In this document: one piece after another, positions 18,458-28,244 of the stretch
How the letters are laid out: the number at the start of each line of letters is the position of its first letter
Numbering within the stretch: position 1 is the stretch's first letter
DNA from: a virus
Taxonomy: Duplodnaviria; Caudoviricetes
Direction: 5' to 3' (one strand)
Length of the DNA stretch: 64,000 nt
Virus record (IMG/VR): IMGVR_UViG_3300010885_031309
Made by a program: the position numbers and the translations under genes
Notes under the pieces: model-generated
What the model saw: the letters and a program-made list of their open reading frames with translations, nothing else
The model's database searches: none
What the model was told of the DNA's origin: nothing

Positions 18458-19186
18458 ATGCGTGACTATTTAGAAGATATTATTCAACATACTTGCAGTC
18501 TTGGAAATATTGATTTAATAAAGATTGTTGGCGATCAAAATGAAACTTCAATTCGGTCTTTGACCGAAGATCGTTTCGTAATATTGAACGGAAAATTCAA
18601 GAACCCAAATCAGCAATTTGCTGGTGTTTTTGGAATGCCAAATCTTCCAAAACTCAAGACTATTCTTGGTTTTGATGAGTATGATGACAGTGCAATCATT
18701 CAAATGACACATCAACAACAAAATGGAGTTAATGTTCCTGCTGCCATTCACTTTGAAACTAAAAGTGGTGACTTTGTTAATGATTATAGACTAATGGGTC
18801 AGACTATTGTAGAAGATAAAATTCGCGATGTAAAATTTCAGGGTGCTAGTTGGAATGTACAATTTGAACCAAAAGTCAGCAGCGTTATTCGGCTAAAAAA
18901 GCAATCTCAGGCCAACAGTGAAGAAACTCTGTTTACAGTTAAAACTGAGGGCGGACACTTGAAGATGTTCTTTGGTAACATGTCAACACACAGTGGAAAT
19001 TTCGTATTTGAAAGCAATGTAACAGGAGCTCTGCAACGAACTTGGCGCTGGCCAATTCGCCCATTTTTGGCAATCATGGATTTGTTGGGTGACAAGCAAG
19101 TGTACATTAGCGATCAGGGCGCTATGAGAATTACGGTTGATAGTGGACTAGTAGACTACGAATATTTGCTTCCTGCACAAACTTAA
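18458..19186 (+). CDS. Probable sliding clamp (gp45-like)
   Basis: Size, beta-rich pattern and position after DNA polymerase. Confidence 0.5.
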   Translation: MRDYLEDIIQHTCSLGNIDLIKIVGDQNETSIRSLTEDRFVILNGKFKNPNQQFAGVFGMPNLPKLKTILGFDEYDDSAIIQMTHQQQNGVNVPAAIHFETKSGDFVNDYRLMGQTIVEDKIRDVKFQGASWNVQFEPKVSSVIRLKKQSQANSEETLFTVKTEGGHLKMFFGNMSTHSGNFVFESNVTGALQRTWRWPIRPFLAIMDLLGDKQVYISDQGAMRITVDSGLVDYEYLLPAQT

Positions 19187-19187
19187 A

Positions 19188-19532
19188 ATGATTAAGGCAC
19201 TTGTTTCAAATTCTACACATCTGACAGTAAGCAACGGTTCTATGTCATGGGTTTCTTCAAGTCCAAACTCAGGAACAGTCAGATATAATACAAACACTCA
19301 AACACTTGAAGTATCAGGTGATTATGGTTGGACTCAGTTGGGCACATACACTACTATTGATTTAAGCGAAACAACCCAAGAAGTTCTAAAATGGGCAAAT
19401 GAAAAGATGCAGCAAGAGAAACAATATAGTACACTTGCTGCTGAGTGTGTTTCAGTACAAGCGGCTCTTGAACAATTTGCCAAAGCTAAAGAGCAGCTTG
19501 ATATTATTGTTGCTTTGGCGCAAAAGAGGTAA
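19188..19532 (+). CDS. Hypothetical protein
   Basis: Coupled ORF; S/T-rich N-terminus, coiled-coil C-terminus. Confidence 0.65.
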   Translation: MIKALVSNSTHLTVSNGSMSWVSSSPNSGTVRYNTNTQTLEVSGDYGWTQLGTYTTIDLSETTQEVLKWANEKMQQEKQYSTLAAECVSVQAALEQFAKAKEQLDIIVALAQKR

Positions 19533-19535
19533 ATC

Positions 19536-19754
19536 ATGTTTGAAAATCGTATTAAACATTTGGAACAAATGCATCGCGACTTAGATAATCAGATCACTAA
19601 TTTGGATACTATTCATCCTCATGTTGATGAAGTTCATCTACATGAAATGAAAAAGCAGCGACTAGCGATTCGTGATGAATTGAATTCTCTTCGTCGTAAA
19701 CAATTTGAAATGTCAAGTGGACGAGAGACAGAAGACTGGGCCGACGACCGTTAA
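19536..19754 (+). CDS. DUF465/YdcH-like coiled-coil protein
   Basis: RIKHLEQMHRDLDNQI...MKKQRLAIRDEL. Confidence 0.65.
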   Translation: MFENRIKHLEQMHRDLDNQITNLDTIHPHVDEVHLHEMKKQRLAIRDELNSLRRKQFEMSSGRETEDWADDR

Positions 19755-19776
19755 ATTAATTTGGACTGAAATTAAA

Positions 19777-20133
19777 ATGATTGAAGATGCTCGTCGGGCT
19801 GCAAATACTGATCGTGCAATGAGAGTACTAAAGTGTTCCAAGCATAGTACTCTCATTTCAAACGATGTTAAAGATCTAAAGATCTCAGTTAAAATTGAAG
19901 CAAAAGTTTGCGATGACTTTGATTTCAATGGTATTAGACAACAGATCAATGATATTTTTACTAATTGTTCTCCAGAATCAGAAGACATTTGGAAGTGTGC
20001 GGATGACTTGTTTTTGCTATTAAGCGAAACATATAACGATAACAAGATTAGTATTAACATTACTGACAAAATCGGCTGTGGATTTACCACAAATTACTAC
20101 AACAATATCCCTCAACAAGTAATTAAAATTTAA
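19777..20133 (+). CDS. Hypothetical protein, possibly a degenerate T-fold (QueD-like)
   Basis: Start moved to MIEDARR; weak CADDLF..LSETY pattern; no catalytic His residues seen. Confidence 0.4.
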   Translation: MIEDARRAANTDRAMRVLKCSKHSTLISNDVKDLKISVKIEAKVCDDFDFNGIRQQINDIFTNCSPESEDIWKCADDLFLLLSETYNDNKISINITDKIGCGFTTNYYNNIPQQVIKI

Positions 20134-20143
20134 GGATTAAAAC

Positions 20144-20353
20144 ATGACAAATCAACTTAACAAGATTTTTGAAGATCTAGAAAACTTTCGCGAATTTTGC
20201 GTAAACTATGGATATCGTTTTGACGAGTCCAATCTATATAACATGCGTAGTTATGCTTTTCAACAATACATGAAATTTGCAAGTGGAAAGAACGCAAAAA
20301 ACATGTGGACCGAGGACGCAAAGAAGTTTAATGCGACTGTAAGTAACTTCTAA
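20144..20353 (+). CDS. Hypothetical protein
   Basis: AAGGA ribosome-binding site; 69 aa. Confidence 0.65.
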   Translation: MTNQLNKIFEDLENFREFCVNYGYRFDESNLYNMRSYAFQQYMKFASGKNAKNMWTEDAKKFNATVSNF

Positions 20354-20385
20354 AGTCTAATTAGCTGCTGAAGAAATTCAGAATT

Positions 20386-20417
20386 AATATGGCCCTGTGG
20401 GGCCATATTGTTTTGTT
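20386..20417 (+). terminator. Rho-independent terminator
   Basis: Perfect 10-bp stem AATATGGCCC-tgtg-GGGCCATATT followed by a T-rich tract. Confidence 0.8.
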
Positions 20418-20572
20418 GGTAAATCAAGTTAGCGATATACTCTAGGTATTTCTATAATCTAGTGTCATAAAACAAGAAACGACAATTACGAAGATTTATG
20501 GATTGTCAAAAAGATTTGACAGCAAATCAGCTACATGATACTATTCACTGTCTTAACAATTAATTTTATATT

Positions 20573-21607
20573 GTGACTATAAAGCGTATTGGATTTGCTT
20601 GTAAATGGATTGATCGTCCAGATCAATGTGACGGCATCAAGCCAAAGGACGATTGTGCAAAGTACAACACTGGCACAACTACTCGTGCTTGGCTAAATCG
20701 TCAATCTCGTGGTGTGGCTGAAGACAAGTTGTGGTCTTTAATGAAAGACAATATTGAGTCAATCAGACTACTTGTTCAGCGTGTTGGTACACTGGAACCT
20801 TCTCTGCGAATGGTTCGTCTGTCATCTGAGATTTTGCCCTTGTATACTGAAGCAGACTGGAAATATTTTTATCGTCAGTCTGATGTTGTCAGTTACATGG
20901 AACGACATTTTGCTACTGTTGGAGAAATTGCACGCGCAAACGATGTTCGTCTTAGTTTTCACCCAGGGCAATTTACCGTTATTGCCAGCGAAAATGAAGG
21001 CATTGTTCAAAACAGTCTAGCAGAATTAGAGTATCATACCGATATGATGCGTTGGATGGGATATGGTAATAACCTTCTTGAGACTAAAATAAATGTGCAT
21101 CTTAGTGGAAAGCTAGGAGTAAATGGATTCGATGCGGCATGGAATCGTATGAGTCCGGAATTGCGTAATATGCTAACCTTAGAGAACGATGAATTTCAGG
21201 CTGGACTTGATGCAGTGTTACAATTGAAACATAAAGTCGGGGTGGTGCTCGATCTACATCATCATTGGATTAACACGGGAGAATACATCAATGCAAATGA
21301 CTCGCGTATTAAAGAAGTTATTGAAAGCTGGTGTCGTGACGGCGGTAATCGGAGACCCACCATTCATTACAGTGTTAGTCGCGAAGATGTTCTTGACGAA
21401 CATTCTATTGATCAACAGCCGTTTCGTGACGCACTGATAGAATCTGGGCATAAAAAGGCAAAACTTCGTGCTCACAGTGATCGCATGTGGAATATCGCGA
21501 CAAATAAGTGGGCACGACAGCATTGGGAATGGGCCGATTGTATGATAGAAGCAAAAATGAAGAATATCGCCAGCAAAGAATTGTTTGAGCAATGGTCTAA
21601 GACTTAG
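20573..21607 (+). CDS. uvsE: UV-damage endonuclease UvsE/UvdE
   Basis: RIGFAC, RLSSEILP, RLSFHPGQF, LTLENDE, LDLHHH, HYS, AHSD, MIEAKMK. Confidence 0.92.
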   Translation: MTIKRIGFACKWIDRPDQCDGIKPKDDCAKYNTGTTTRAWLNRQSRGVAEDKLWSLMKDNIESIRLLVQRVGTLEPSLRMVRLSSEILPLYTEADWKYFYRQSDVVSYMERHFATVGEIARANDVRLSFHPGQFTVIASENEGIVQNSLAELEYHTDMMRWMGYGNNLLETKINVHLSGKLGVNGFDAAWNRMSPELRNMLTLENDEFQAGLDAVLQLKHKVGVVLDLHHHWINTGEYINANDSRIKEVIESWCRDGGNRRPTIHYSVSREDVLDEHSIDQQPFRDALIESGHKKAKLRAHSDRMWNIATNKWARQHWEWADCMIEAKMKNIASKELFEQWSKT

Positions 21608-21731
21608 CCTTGCAATTATCAAAATGATGACGCGATAAATTACTTTTGCCTCCAGTTATTCCACAATAACAGCAAGTTACAATCTGCTGTTTGTATCCTT
21701 TTTTTGGCCCACCTGAGAACTTGTATTCACC
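21597..21731 (-). pseudogene. C-terminal Zn-finger remnant of a homing endonuclease
   Basis: Startless frame ...KQQIVTCCYCGITGGKSNLSRHHFDNCKAKS*. Confidence 0.6.
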
Positions 21732-21752
21732 AGAAATATATAAATAGATATT

Positions 21753-22247
21753 ATGTTTGATAAGATTAAAAAGTTATTCAGTAAGTCTGACTCTACACAA
21801 TCTCAGAAAGTTAGTGCGACCGATTCCAAGCCTGAGACGAAACAGCCGCCCGCGAAAAAGACAAGAAAGCCGCGTCAACCAAAAAAAGCTGTAGTCACTT
21901 CACCGAAGATTGAGCTATCGGAAAAAGAACAAGCGACGCTAGCAGATAAGCCCTATATTTCTATTTTGAAAGTGGATGTTGATCCAACCAATATCAATTC
22001 TGGACAATTTGAGTTGGATTGGAACGATAAGTTTGTATTGAATTTGATTCGTGCTGGTTACAAAATCCGCGAGGACGATACAGACAATAATATAGTGGAT
22101 CGTTGGTTTCAAACTGTTTGCAGAAATATCGCTTTGGAAGTATATGAACAACAGGCAGCCGATCTTACTGACAGAAAGAATGTAAACTCTGATGTTAGAT
22201 CGGTTCAGGCTCGCGATCTTGGAAACGGGCGTACTGAAGTCAGTTAA
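21753..22247 (+). CDS. Hypothetical protein
   Basis: TATAAATA directly upstream; LDWNDKFV..L..AGY motif. Confidence 0.75.
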   Translation: MFDKIKKLFSKSDSTQSQKVSATDSKPETKQPPAKKTRKPRQPKKAVVTSPKIELSEKEQATLADKPYISILKVDVDPTNINSGQFELDWNDKFVLNLIRAGYKIREDDTDNNIVDRWFQTVCRNIALEVYEQQAADLTDRKNVNSDVRSVQARDLGNGRTEVS

Positions 22248-22295
22248 AATTAATAATTAATATATAATTTAATTTTCTACTACTTGATTATTTAA

Positions 22296-22817
22296 ATGGC
22301 TAAATCAAAAGTTTCAATTAATAAGATTTTTGTTCCTATGGATCAAAGACCTAGATGCACACACCCAAATTGTAATGAGCCCGCGCAGCATATGGGCACG
22401 TATCGTTTAGATGGCACACCTCATTTTAGAAAACTATGCTTTAAACATCACATGATCAGCGTGGCTAAATCTCTGGGTTACAGTTCCATTGCCGATTTTC
22501 AATTCGCTGTGCATGAGAAAACAGCGAAAAAGAAGGGATACGAGTCTGTTACAGAGTACAAGAACTCAAAACATCCTTATAGAAAATATCGTAAAGATTA
22601 TTGTGAAAATCGCGATGGGCGGTTGGGCTATAAGTGTAGAGTTAAGATAAGACATTCTGCTCAATTACAAGTTGACCATATCAATGGCAATCCAACTGAC
22701 AATCGTGAGAAGAATCTACAAACATTATGTGTGCTATGTCATGTTTTCAAAACACATGAAAATAAGGACTACATCACTCCCGGAAGAAAACATTTCAGTA
22801 ATTATGTGGAAAATTGA
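22296..22817 (+). CDS. HNH endonuclease
   Basis: LQVDHINGNPTDNREKNLQTLCVLCH. Confidence 0.85.
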   Translation: MAKSKVSINKIFVPMDQRPRCTHPNCNEPAQHMGTYRLDGTPHFRKLCFKHHMISVAKSLGYSSIADFQFAVHEKTAKKKGYESVTEYKNSKHPYRKYRKDYCENRDGRLGYKCRVKIRHSAQLQVDHINGNPTDNREKNLQTLCVLCHVFKTHENKDYITPGRKHFSNYVEN

Positions 22818-22842
22818 CATTAATTGATAATAGTAGTATACT
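22814..22842 (+). promoter_or_regulatory. Sigma70-type promoter
   Basis: TTGACA-17 nt-TATACT. Confidence 0.7.
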
Positions 22843-22876
22843 TAATCAACTTACATAGCTATATCTAATCATTCAC

Positions 22877-23923
22877 ATGAAGTACATCATCGTAGACACG
22901 GCTAATCTTTTCTTTAAGAGTAGACATGTTGCCAGTCGTCAAAGCACAGACTGGGAACGAATTGGAATGGCAATTCATCTGACGCTGGCCAGTGTCAACA
23001 GTCTTGTGCGTAAATTCAGCGACGGACAGCCAACTCATGTTGTATTTGCACTAGAGGGTCGCAGTTGGCGCAAGGATTTTTATGCTCCCTACAAGGCTAA
23101 TCGTGTTGTTGCTAAACAAGCACTGACCGAGGCTGAGCTTAAGCAGGATCAAATGTATTGGACCGCGTATGAGCAGTTTACTAACTTTTTGATTGAGCAG
23201 ACAAATACCAGTGTGTTGCGTTGTCCTACTGCTGAGGCAGATGACATTATTGCTAGATTTATTGCACTACATCCAGATGATGAACACACTATTGTTAGTA
23301 GTGATGGTGATTTTTATCAGTTGGTGTCATCAAATGTAAAGCAATACAACAGTTTGAATGCAATGTTGATCACTGACAGTGGAATCTACGATGATCGTGG
23401 ACGCAAGGTTGCATTTACATTGGACGGCAAAAGCAAGATCAAGATCGGTAAACCCGATGCTAATTTTGTTTCTCCAGAAAACTGGGTTGAGTATGGATTG
23501 TTTCTCAAGTGTGTGCGCGGCGATACTGGTGACAATGTGTTTAGTGCCTATCCTGGTGTTCGTGAGCGGGGAACAAAAAATAAGCCGGGACTAAAAGAAG
23601 CATTTGATGATCGTGATCGTCGTGGCTTTGCATGGAATAATCTTATGCTGCAACGATGGACCGATCATAACAACGAGGAGCACAAAGTTCTTGTTGATTA
23701 TGAGCGTAACCGAGTGTTGATTGATTTGAAATGTCATCCAGAACAGATTAGACAAACTGTTGATGAGTCCATCAAAGCTGGAATAAAGAAGACGAGAGTG
23801 TCCAATGTTGGCATTTATTTTATGAAATTCTGCGGTAAGTTTGAACTGAATAAAATCAGCGACAGCCCGGATTCGTATGCACGATGGTTGAATAACTCAT
23901 ATGCTGGGAAACTAGTGTCTTAA
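22877..23923 (+). CDS. rnh: T4 RNase H-like 5'-3' exonuclease
   Basis: IIVDTAN, EADDIIA, IVSSDGDFYQL, RGDTGDNV. Confidence 0.88.
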   Translation: MKYIIVDTANLFFKSRHVASRQSTDWERIGMAIHLTLASVNSLVRKFSDGQPTHVVFALEGRSWRKDFYAPYKANRVVAKQALTEAELKQDQMYWTAYEQFTNFLIEQTNTSVLRCPTAEADDIIARFIALHPDDEHTIVSSDGDFYQLVSSNVKQYNSLNAMLITDSGIYDDRGRKVAFTLDGKSKIKIGKPDANFVSPENWVEYGLFLKCVRGDTGDNVFSAYPGVRERGTKNKPGLKEAFDDRDRRGFAWNNLMLQRWTDHNNEEHKVLVDYERNRVLIDLKCHPEQIRQTVDESIKAGIKKTRVSNVGIYFMKFCGKFELNKISDSPDSYARWLNNSYAGKLVS

Positions 23924-23948
23924 TTTGATCTTAACAAGAGAAGTATAA

Positions 23949-24095
23949 ATGAAACTTATTTTTGATGACTTTAATGGTGTTTGGGTTTGGGTGTCTGAGA
24001 CAGATGAGGATGTTGAGCTAAGCCCACAGTTTGATGAAGAATTTTATGCGGTTCAATGGCAGAAGCGTATGAAAAAAATCTTTACTGGAAAGTAA
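23949..24095 (+). CDS. 48-aa microprotein, paralog A (absent from the ORF track)
   Basis: MKLIFDDFNGVWVWVSETDEDVELSPQFDEEFYAVQWQKRMKKIFTGK. Confidence 0.65.
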   Translation: MKLIFDDFNGVWVWVSETDEDVELSPQFDEEFYAVQWQKRMKKIFTGK

Positions 24096-24098
24096 ACT

Positions 24099-24404
24099 AT
24101 GCTGAAATTCAAGTTCATTGGATGGTGTAAAGATAGCAGCCATGACAAAGTATGGGGTGTTATATTTATTGATCAATCGGAAGAACGAACATACACTGGA
24201 GAACGGGTTTTAGTATTCTGGGGTCGCCGCGGCTCTAAATTACAAACCAAGTTAGATTACAACACCAACAAAATATCACGCTTGATTGACTCAAAGCGCG
24301 ACAAGGGATATCGTCAAATTGACCGAAGTGATCTAGATCAAGTTTACCCAGAATTTCAAAGTGATTTAGAGAAAACTGCCGTTTGGGCAATATTGAGTAG
24401 TTAA
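24099..24404 (+). CDS. WGR-domain protein
   Basis: DKVWGV...VFWGRRG...KRDKGY. Confidence 0.7.
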   Translation: MLKFKFIGWCKDSSHDKVWGVIFIDQSEERTYTGERVLVFWGRRGSKLQTKLDYNTNKISRLIDSKRDKGYRQIDRSDLDQVYPEFQSDLEKTAVWAILSS

Positions 24405-24406
24405 TT

Positions 24407-24556
24407 ATGAAGCTTGTTGAAGATATTTATAAACAGATTTGGTTCTGGGTTGATGATGCTGATGACAGCATCATTCTTAGCCCACGGTTTGATTATGAGG
24501 CGGACGCACTCTTATGGAAAAATCGTTATGTAAATGATGATGCCGAGCATAAATAA
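24407..24556 (+). CDS. 49-aa microprotein, paralog B (absent from the ORF track)
   Basis: MKLVEDIYKQIWFWVDDADDSIILSPRFDYEADALLWKNRYVNDDAEHK. Confidence 0.65.
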   Translation: MKLVEDIYKQIWFWVDDADDSIILSPRFDYEADALLWKNRYVNDDAEHK

Positions 24557-24579
24557 ATCAGTACAGTATTACTGATTTT

Positions 24580-26718
24580 ATGAGATATAAAGACTTTTCA
24601 ATCAATCAAATAAATGAGATTCGTATGAATCCACGTGCTTTTGATAAGTTTATCAGAAGCGATGCGTCTAGTAACATCAAATGTGGATTTGAGGCAGAAT
24701 TGTATTTTACAGACATGCCAAATTACGAAGATGATGAACCAGAGCCCGATTACAGTGAGGATGGAAGAGCCAGATCAATAGATAATATTTGTGATTTTTT
24801 TGATGATAGCCGTCGTCTAAGATCAACATTACAACAACGCTACGAAGATTGGCAATCCGATAAAATGGATGAAACATGGAAAAATGAACGAGAGGATCTA
24901 ATCAGACAATATATTGAAGATAACGATTGGGACTGGGATGAAAAAATAACAGAGCATCTTGTAGATTTAGGCTTATCCGAATCAGATGCTGAACATGTAG
25001 TACTTGTATCAAAACTATCAAAAACAGAGCAGAGTGAATTATTCACATATGATGAATCCATTAAGTTGTATAAAGAAGCCAAACAAAATGCAGGAACAGA
25101 ACTTGATGATGAAGTCAATAGTGCTATAAGATTTAGAGATTATAATTACAGAACAGCGTATGATGAGTTTGTTCAAGAGAAAACTGAAGATGGTGATTAC
25201 GACGAAGAATCATTTTTAATTGATATTGGTATTCGCAGATATAGCGATGTTCCGAATGTATTTTCGGAAGTTCAATGGCCATATTTGAACACATCATCAA
25301 CTGAGTTTGATGAAACTACTGGATACTGTTTTCAAGCCGCACAAGAACTGGCATATGATTTACAAACATCAATGATGCCTATTGTAGTTAATGGAAAACA
25401 ATACGCGCCAGAAGCAGTAGCTGGTGAAAGATACAAGAGTGTCAGAAGAAATTACGATACACGTCCTAACTTATGGATCGTAGAACCAGATGGAAGTTTG
25501 ACAGAGCCTGATTATCCAGGCCCGCATATGGGTGCAGAGATTATTGCACCTCCAATACCACTAGACCAAGTAGAAACTGTATATAAAACTTTTTGTGATT
25601 GGGCACAGAAATATTCTGCCTACAGTAAAGAAAGCACTGGATTACATATTAATGTAAGTATTGCTGATATTCCATTTGAACAGATTGATTACTTAAAGTT
25701 GGCTTTACTGCTTGGCGATCAGTATGTTGGTCAACAGTTTGATAGAGAGCTTGCAGATTACTGCTACAGTAGTATGTTAAAAATACGAGACAGTTTTCAG
25801 TTAATGGACATTGAACAACTGATGATTGACTTGAGACACAATCTACAAGATAATGCAGAAAAAATATTAAGACGTAAGACTGGCGCGGAAAAAAGATCCA
25901 GTATTCATCTTAAAGATGCATGGAATGCTATTGAATTTCGTGCAGCGGGTGGGGAAAAATACTTCAAAGAAGAAAATTTACCATTGGTATTAAACACTAT
26001 AAAAAGATTTGCATATACTACTTATATTGCTTCAAATTCAGCGTTAGAGAAAAATACATACGCGAAAAAATTAATATCACTGCTTTCATCCATATTGGTT
26101 GGTCGTAAATCTGTTACGAAATATTACGATCCAACATTGCCAGACAACGCAAAACAGCCAACAGTATTTGTTGATAAACCACAGCGCGGATTTAGACAGA
26201 TAACTGTTTCTCCTGAGTACAGTAAAGATCTTATTAATATTTTTACCCGTTATGCAATCGGTGATTTGCCACAAGCTGCACTAAAGAGTTTTATTAAACA
26301 GGCTCAACTACAGCGCAGTTTATCAGCAGATAAAAAATATTGGTGGAAGGTTGAATTTAATTCCTCTTCTATAGAAGTTGTTGCCAGCAGTGAACAGGAA
26401 GCAAAAAACAATGCACGGGCGGAATACGGTTGGAGAGCTTCAGATGTGAGAGATCTTCAAATGAAGGCAACAGTGCTGCGTCCATACGAAGATGAGAGTG
26501 GTATAACACTATCTACTACTGGTGGAGGAGGAATTCTCCCAGCAGAAGATGACAACGGAAATTGGGAAGTATACAATCGTAATAATAATATTACAGTGTA
26601 TAGATTTCAGGCCGATGATCAATCTGATGCACGGCGTGTAGCACAGTTATGGGCATTCAGGAATAATATGACACCTAATTTAGTCAATAATTATTCTGTC
26701 AGAGCATCCTCTACTTAA
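24580..26718 (+). CDS. Second putative amidoligase, with leader and C-terminal small repeats
   Basis: GFEAEL, EPDGSL, AEIIAPP, TGLHINVS, IEFRAAGG; MRYKDFSINQINE leader. Confidence 0.8.
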   Translation: MRYKDFSINQINEIRMNPRAFDKFIRSDASSNIKCGFEAELYFTDMPNYEDDEPEPDYSEDGRARSIDNICDFFDDSRRLRSTLQQRYEDWQSDKMDETWKNEREDLIRQYIEDNDWDWDEKITEHLVDLGLSESDAEHVVLVSKLSKTEQSELFTYDESIKLYKEAKQNAGTELDDEVNSAIRFRDYNYRTAYDEFVQEKTEDGDYDEESFLIDIGIRRYSDVPNVFSEVQWPYLNTSSTEFDETTGYCFQAAQELAYDLQTSMMPIVVNGKQYAPEAVAGERYKSVRRNYDTRPNLWIVEPDGSLTEPDYPGPHMGAEIIAPPIPLDQVETVYKTFCDWAQKYSAYSKESTGLHINVSIADIPFEQIDYLKLALLLGDQYVGQQFDRELADYCYSSMLKIRDSFQLMDIEQLMIDLRHNLQDNAEKILRRKTGAEKRSSIHLKDAWNAIEFRAAGGEKYFKEENLPLVLNTIKRFAYTTYIASNSALEKNTYAKKLISLLSSILVGRKSVTKYYDPTLPDNAKQPTVFVDKPQRGFRQITVSPEYSKDLINIFTRYAIGDLPQAALKSFIKQAQLQRSLSADKKYWWKVEFNSSSIEVVASSEQEAKNNARAEYGWRASDVRDLQMKATVLRPYEDESGITLSTTGGGGILPAEDDNGNWEVYNRNNNITVYRFQADDQSDARRVAQLWAFRNNMTPNLVNNYSVRASST

Positions 26719-26762
26719 CAAGCGTATCTAGTACATTTTTCAATAAATCCATAAATAAGTGT

Positions 26763-27167
26763 ATGAAGCACTTGAAGTGGACAATAACACTACTGCTACT
26801 AGTAGTATCAGAATTGATTTTTGCTCAAGAGTGGATTCCTATAGTCAAAACAGACAAGTCCTCTTTCTATATTTTAGAACAGTCTTTAAGAATTAATAAA
26901 ATTCAACAAGACAACGAGTATATATTTATGGTATTGGGCAAGCATGCGACCGAGTCTACTGCTGACACAGAAGTAAATGCATGGATTGTTACTGCAGGCG
27001 ACTGTTTGAAAAAACAGGGTACTTTTTATATGGCTGACAAAAACGGGAAAATAGTGCTAAAAACCGAGTTTAGCTTTGCTTCAAATACAATCAGTTCAAT
27101 CATTTCTAAGATTATTTGCACAACTGCACTAGATGTGCTAACGAAACCAAATTCAGTTGGAATTTAA
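26763..27167 (+). CDS. Exported protein with signal peptide
   Basis: Hydrophobic N-terminus ending IFA|Q; ATAAATA upstream. Confidence 0.7.
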   Translation: MKHLKWTITLLLLVVSELIFAQEWIPIVKTDKSSFYILEQSLRINKIQQDNEYIFMVLGKHATESTADTEVNAWIVTAGDCLKKQGTFYMADKNGKIVLKTEFSFASNTISSIISKIICTTALDVLTKPNSVGI

Positions 27168-27229
27168 TATTCCAATATCTATTGATATTTAATTGTAATT
27201 AGTTTATAGTTTACTTTTACAGGTGAATT

Positions 27230-27439
27230 ATGAACATGGAACTACGTTGGATTAAACGAAAAACCGGCAATCAATTGATGAATGATCATGGATTTTACTA
27301 TGATGAAACGGTAAAAGTTCTTCAATTTCGGATCTATTATGACAAAACCATATATGGTGGTATGGGTCCACATGGAGATTTTCTAAAACAAATGGTGTGG
27401 TCAGAATGGACCGATGTCAGAGAGGTTGACGAAGAATGA
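27230..27439 (+). CDS. Hypothetical protein
   Basis: AGGTG ribosome-binding site. Confidence 0.6.
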   Translation: MNMELRWIKRKTGNQLMNDHGFYYDETVKVLQFRIYYDKTIYGGMGPHGDFLKQMVWSEWTDVREVDEE

Positions 27440-27735
27440 TTAACTTTAACTTAGTACTACATAATATGTGGTGCAAAGAAGACTTTAAGAGCATCTGGGA
27501 TAAAAGTGGTAGTTTTACTAAACATAAGCACTGGGAATTGCAACTTACTAGATATAAACCAGAATACATCGGGCTCAGTGTTGATACACGCTGGCGAGGA
27601 CATGATCATGCGGGAATTTCGGTTGAATTGATCTTGCTAGGATATCATTTTGATGCTAGACTATATGATAGTAGACATTGGGACTACACAAACAATTGTT
27701 GGATGACTTACACAGAAGAGGAGAAAACATGCTGA
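27436..27735 (+). CDS. Hypothetical protein
   Basis: ATGA-coupled ORF. Confidence 0.6.
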   Translation: MINFNLVLHNMWCKEDFKSIWDKSGSFTKHKHWELQLTRYKPEYIGLSVDTRWRGHDHAGISVELILLGYHFDARLYDSRHWDYTNNCWMTYTEEEKTC

Positions 27736-28244
27736 CACTAAAAGATTTCATGGAAACTGTTAACTATCGTATTACTGAAGGCAGTGATTACTGTTGGAGT
27801 TGTTATGGATACAATGCGTATACGCTAGGTAGCTGGAACGGTGATAGTGACACTGGATATAGCGTTGATATTGTGTTTGATACTGTAACGCAAACGGTCT
27901 ACGAAATGAACGTTAGTGATTACAAAAATCAACGAGCTTATCGTTGGATTAATTCCGACTTCCGTGAAAAGTTTCAAACTGAATCAAAAGAACGATATGT
28001 TGACGCAAATCAAGCTTGGGACAATGTTACTTATATTGACTTAGAAACTGAGAAAGATATGCTAGAAAAAACTCGTGCTATTGTTGCTGGTGAAGATTAT
28101 GATACTCGGGTAGAAGTCCCGATAGAGTTGGATGATGAAGTTATTCTTAATGCTGCACTAGAGGCACACAAGCAAGATATTACACTCAATCAATACATTG
28201 AGCGTATTCTTCGTAATATGATTGAGTCCGAGAAACAAAAATGA
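27729..28244 (+). CDS. Hypothetical protein
   Basis: GAGGAG ribosome-binding site before MLTLKDF; possible C-terminal ribbon-helix-helix (ITLNQYIERIL). Confidence 0.7.
   Translation: MLTLKDFMETVNYRITEGSDYCWSCYGYNAYTLGSWNGDSDTGYSVDIVFDTVTQTVYEMNVSDYKNQRAYRWINSDFREKFQTESKERYVDANQAWDNVTYIDLETEKDMLEKTRAIVAGEDYDTRVEVPIELDDEVILNAALEAHKQDITLNQYIERILRNMIESEKQK

Noticed and set aside
19777-20133. Queuosine or 7-deazaguanine DNA-modification pathway based on a QueD-like gene
   Set aside because: The similarity is weak, the metal-binding histidines are missing, and no folE, queC, queE or dpdA gene is in the window.
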